Shown piece after piece: positions 35,778-38,188 of a stretch of 38,188 bases of DNA (position 1 is the stretch's first letter; every line of letters begins with the position of its first letter). Below the pieces are notes generated by a model that worked only from the letters and a program-made list of their open reading frames with translations, made no database searches and was not told the DNA's origin. Made by a program: the position numbers and the translations under genes. Origin of the DNA: Polymyxa betae A26-41 (lineage: Eukaryota > Protista > Endomyxa: Phytomyxea); the NCBI GenBank assembly GCA_003693705.1, contig RBZT01000812.1, positions 1-38,188 of the forward strand. Direction: 5' to 3'.

Positions 35778-37127
35778 ATGTGGATAAGAGCGGCAGGGCG
35801 TCGGCTGCTGTCGACCGAGGCATCGGTTATATCGGCGCAGGAGGCGGCGTCGTTGAAGGATGCGCAGTTCGCTCGCAGCGCTTGTCAGCCGCTGGTCGTC
35901 CTTCATGGCATGCTGGGATCGAAATCGAATTTTCGAACATTCGCATCGCATCCAAAGGTAAGCGTCCCAGAGGGCGTTAAATGGATTCGGGAACGATGGT
36001 GTCCAAGGTGGCGACTAATAGACGAATAATTATGGCTGATCTTCGCAATCACGGCCAGAGTTTCCATTCATCCGATACGTCATTGCAGTATGTTTTTAAA
36101 TTGCACTTTTTGCTTCACTAAAACTTTCCCTAATTTGGCCTTTTTTTGAGGCTCTAAACATTTTAAGGTTCATCAAAATCAATGCCGATTTTGTATCGAT
36201 GTCAATCGCATCGTTCAGCTTTTTTTTGCCGTTTAACTTTGTTATATCTTCGATGCTATCATAAATTTGGCCCAGGACTAATTGCTCAATATAGATCGAT
36301 GGCAAAGGACGTCATTAACCTACTTGACGATTTCGAGCTGGAAACATCTGCGATTCTGGGTCATGTAAGCTATCAGAAGATTCCTAACATCTATCGTGAC
36401 ATTTTTTATGGATCTTGTTTAGCAGCTCTTTTGCATCTCTTGCTCATGTTAGCTACCATTAATCTTGTTGCGTTCTCTATTTTGTGAATTTGTTTCGTGC
36501 TTGATTTAAGCTTGGTCCAGTCTTTGGGCGGTCGCGTCGCTATGATGACCGCTTTGCAATATCCCGCTCGAATCAGCAGTTTGATCGTTGCCGACATCGC
36601 TCCGGTTCAATACGATCCGAGCTCATCTACCATGAGGTATTGTTCTCTCGTACGTTTCTGCCCATGCTAATCGCCGCTTCAGTAAGATCAGAGAAATCGT
36701 CTACGCAGCAGCTGATATTCCAATCGAGAAACTTCGTTCGAGGAAAGAGTGTGAAGATTTGCTGAGAGAATCCATTCCCGATCCCACGACCCGCCAATTT
36801 GTCCTTCAGAACTTACAGGTGGACCTTGCAAACCCTGTTGAGCCTCGACTTTCATGGCGCGTCAATTTTCCAGCAATCGTTGAAAGTTTACAGGATGTTC
36901 AATATGATTGGACTGTACATGAGCCGTCCAGGATTCCATCGCTATTTATCGCTGGCGGCAGATCAAAGTATATCTGCCCTGAGTATCATTCCGCTATCAG
37001 ATCATTGTTTATCGATGCGCAAATTGAAACCATTCCCGACGCCGGTCACTGGGTTCATTCGGAGAAGCTGGAAGAGTTTGCTCAAATTTCTGGAAAATTC
37101 TTGTCAGAAACGGACTCGCAGAGCTGA
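35778..37127 (+). CDS. ABHD11: ABHD11-like mitochondrial alpha/beta hydrolase
   Basis: Presequence MWIRAAGRRLLS, then LHGMLGSKSNF, DLRNHGQS, spliced GH|SLGG (nucleophile elbow), LIVADIAPVQY, RQFVLQNL and AGHWVHSEK. Confidence 0.9.
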
Positions 37128-37944
37128 AAGAATCCTGATCGACAATATCTGAACGACAATATCCACATTGTACCTTGCTCATCTGACAACTCTATCGAGT
37201 GAACGGATGGTTTACCGTATTTGATCCCTATAAGCTAGGCGGCAATAAAAAGAAGGACGTTGTCGATATTTTTCCCGAGTAAATTCTTTCGAAAAATTTC
37301 AAATCCCCACGTATGGGTCATAATGGAAATTTTCAATACAAGGTTCGTTTTGATAATACATAATAATGCATCAATAAAGAAATTCCATTTCCAAATGGGT
37401 CATTTTAGCCATTACGGCTTACGCGCAATTTTTCAACACCTGTTTCGTTACTGCGTTGAAGTCATGTTGGGACTGTGTTGGCCAAAATGCAGAGACGCAG
37501 CATTGCCGTCCATACGTATTAAGATCTCATCATCACCGCAAAATCCAACACACCAAAGCGGCCGCCATCATTCGCAGATATATCCAAGCATCTAGCTGCG
37601 TAGTTGCCGTCCACGAATTGCAATGACGGAAACGTAAAGCTCTGATATTGATTTTTTTTACTCGCATATTGGCAATATGAATGCTCTGTTGAATCATCAA
37701 TCACAAAATATGATCAGTATCGACTCCGGCTCACAATTGGAGCATACTTGCTGGGAAAGCTCATTGTTAGGACGCTTCATTGGAATGATAAGAAGAATAC
37801 GGTCGTCGACATTCATGTTCACTCAATTTCACTGGATGATTGACAACTCATTTTTGAAATTACGCGCCGGTCGCTCTAGCTGGCTCGCCCGCTTCGTTCT
37901 GCCGACCACATTTCTGTTCGCGAACTCCGCTGGCTAGCGTATCT

Positions 37945-38188
37945 TGTTAGGATCGAGTAAAAAGTCCCCTTTTATTGGTTAGATAAGCGGTGCGATGACT
38001 CGGGAGCAGAGGGTAGGACGCGGGGGACCGGTGTCCTGCAACGGAGCGACGTCAGGGAGTCCTCGGAGGCGGAGCGGAGAGAGGGTCGGAGTGGAGCGGT
38101 GAGGGGATCGTAGTGGAGCGTAGGAAGGACGTACGGAGCGGTGCCGGTGAGACGGAGGCGGAGCGGAGACGAAGGTCGGAGGGGAGTC
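37945..38188 (-). mobile_element. Probable LTR terminus (3' LTR or solo LTR), truncated by the window end
   Basis: On the minus strand the segment ends ...CTAACA (TGTTAG on +) and has AATAAA about 25 nt inside the end (TTTATT at 37971-37976). Composition shifts abruptly to G/A-rich GGAGCG repeats. Confidence 0.4.

Noticed and set aside
37260-37937. Short ORFs downstream of ABHD11
   Set aside because: No motifs, and no consistent exon structure could be assembled.

Overview
Gene-dense eukaryotic DNA with many short GT-AG introns (often about 45-60 nt) and very short intergenic spacers. Flagellar-type genes, a 7TM-RGS protein and TTTAGGG repeats suggest a compact flagellated-protist genome; a plasmodiophorid (Phytomyxea) such as Spongospora or Polymyxa is my unverified guess. 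From left to right: an AT-richer accessory segment with a twice-frameshifted intronless class I SAM methyltransferase and a 7TM-RGS gene; an OPR/RAP-type helical-repeat protein; RPB11 and HIU hydrolase (divergent); an inverted decayed copy of the OPR gene; a TSNAXIP1-like gene and a coiled-coil gene; RABGGTA; COX11; an about 11.3 kb HERC-like HECT ligase; a pseudogenised queuosine salvage gene (QNG1/DUF2419); an F-BAR-RhoGAP; DOHH; ABHD11; and a probable LTR terminus at the right edge. The most notable observations are (i) an identical 22-nt telomere-type motif exactly 48 nt upstream of the ATG of two unrelated adjacent genes, (ii) decay of queuosine salvage, (iii) an intron enlarged by a duplication spanning its exon junctions, with loss of one acceptor, and (iv) the inverted OPR relic. 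Exon boundaries were read by eye, and product calls rest on recalled motifs rather than database searches.
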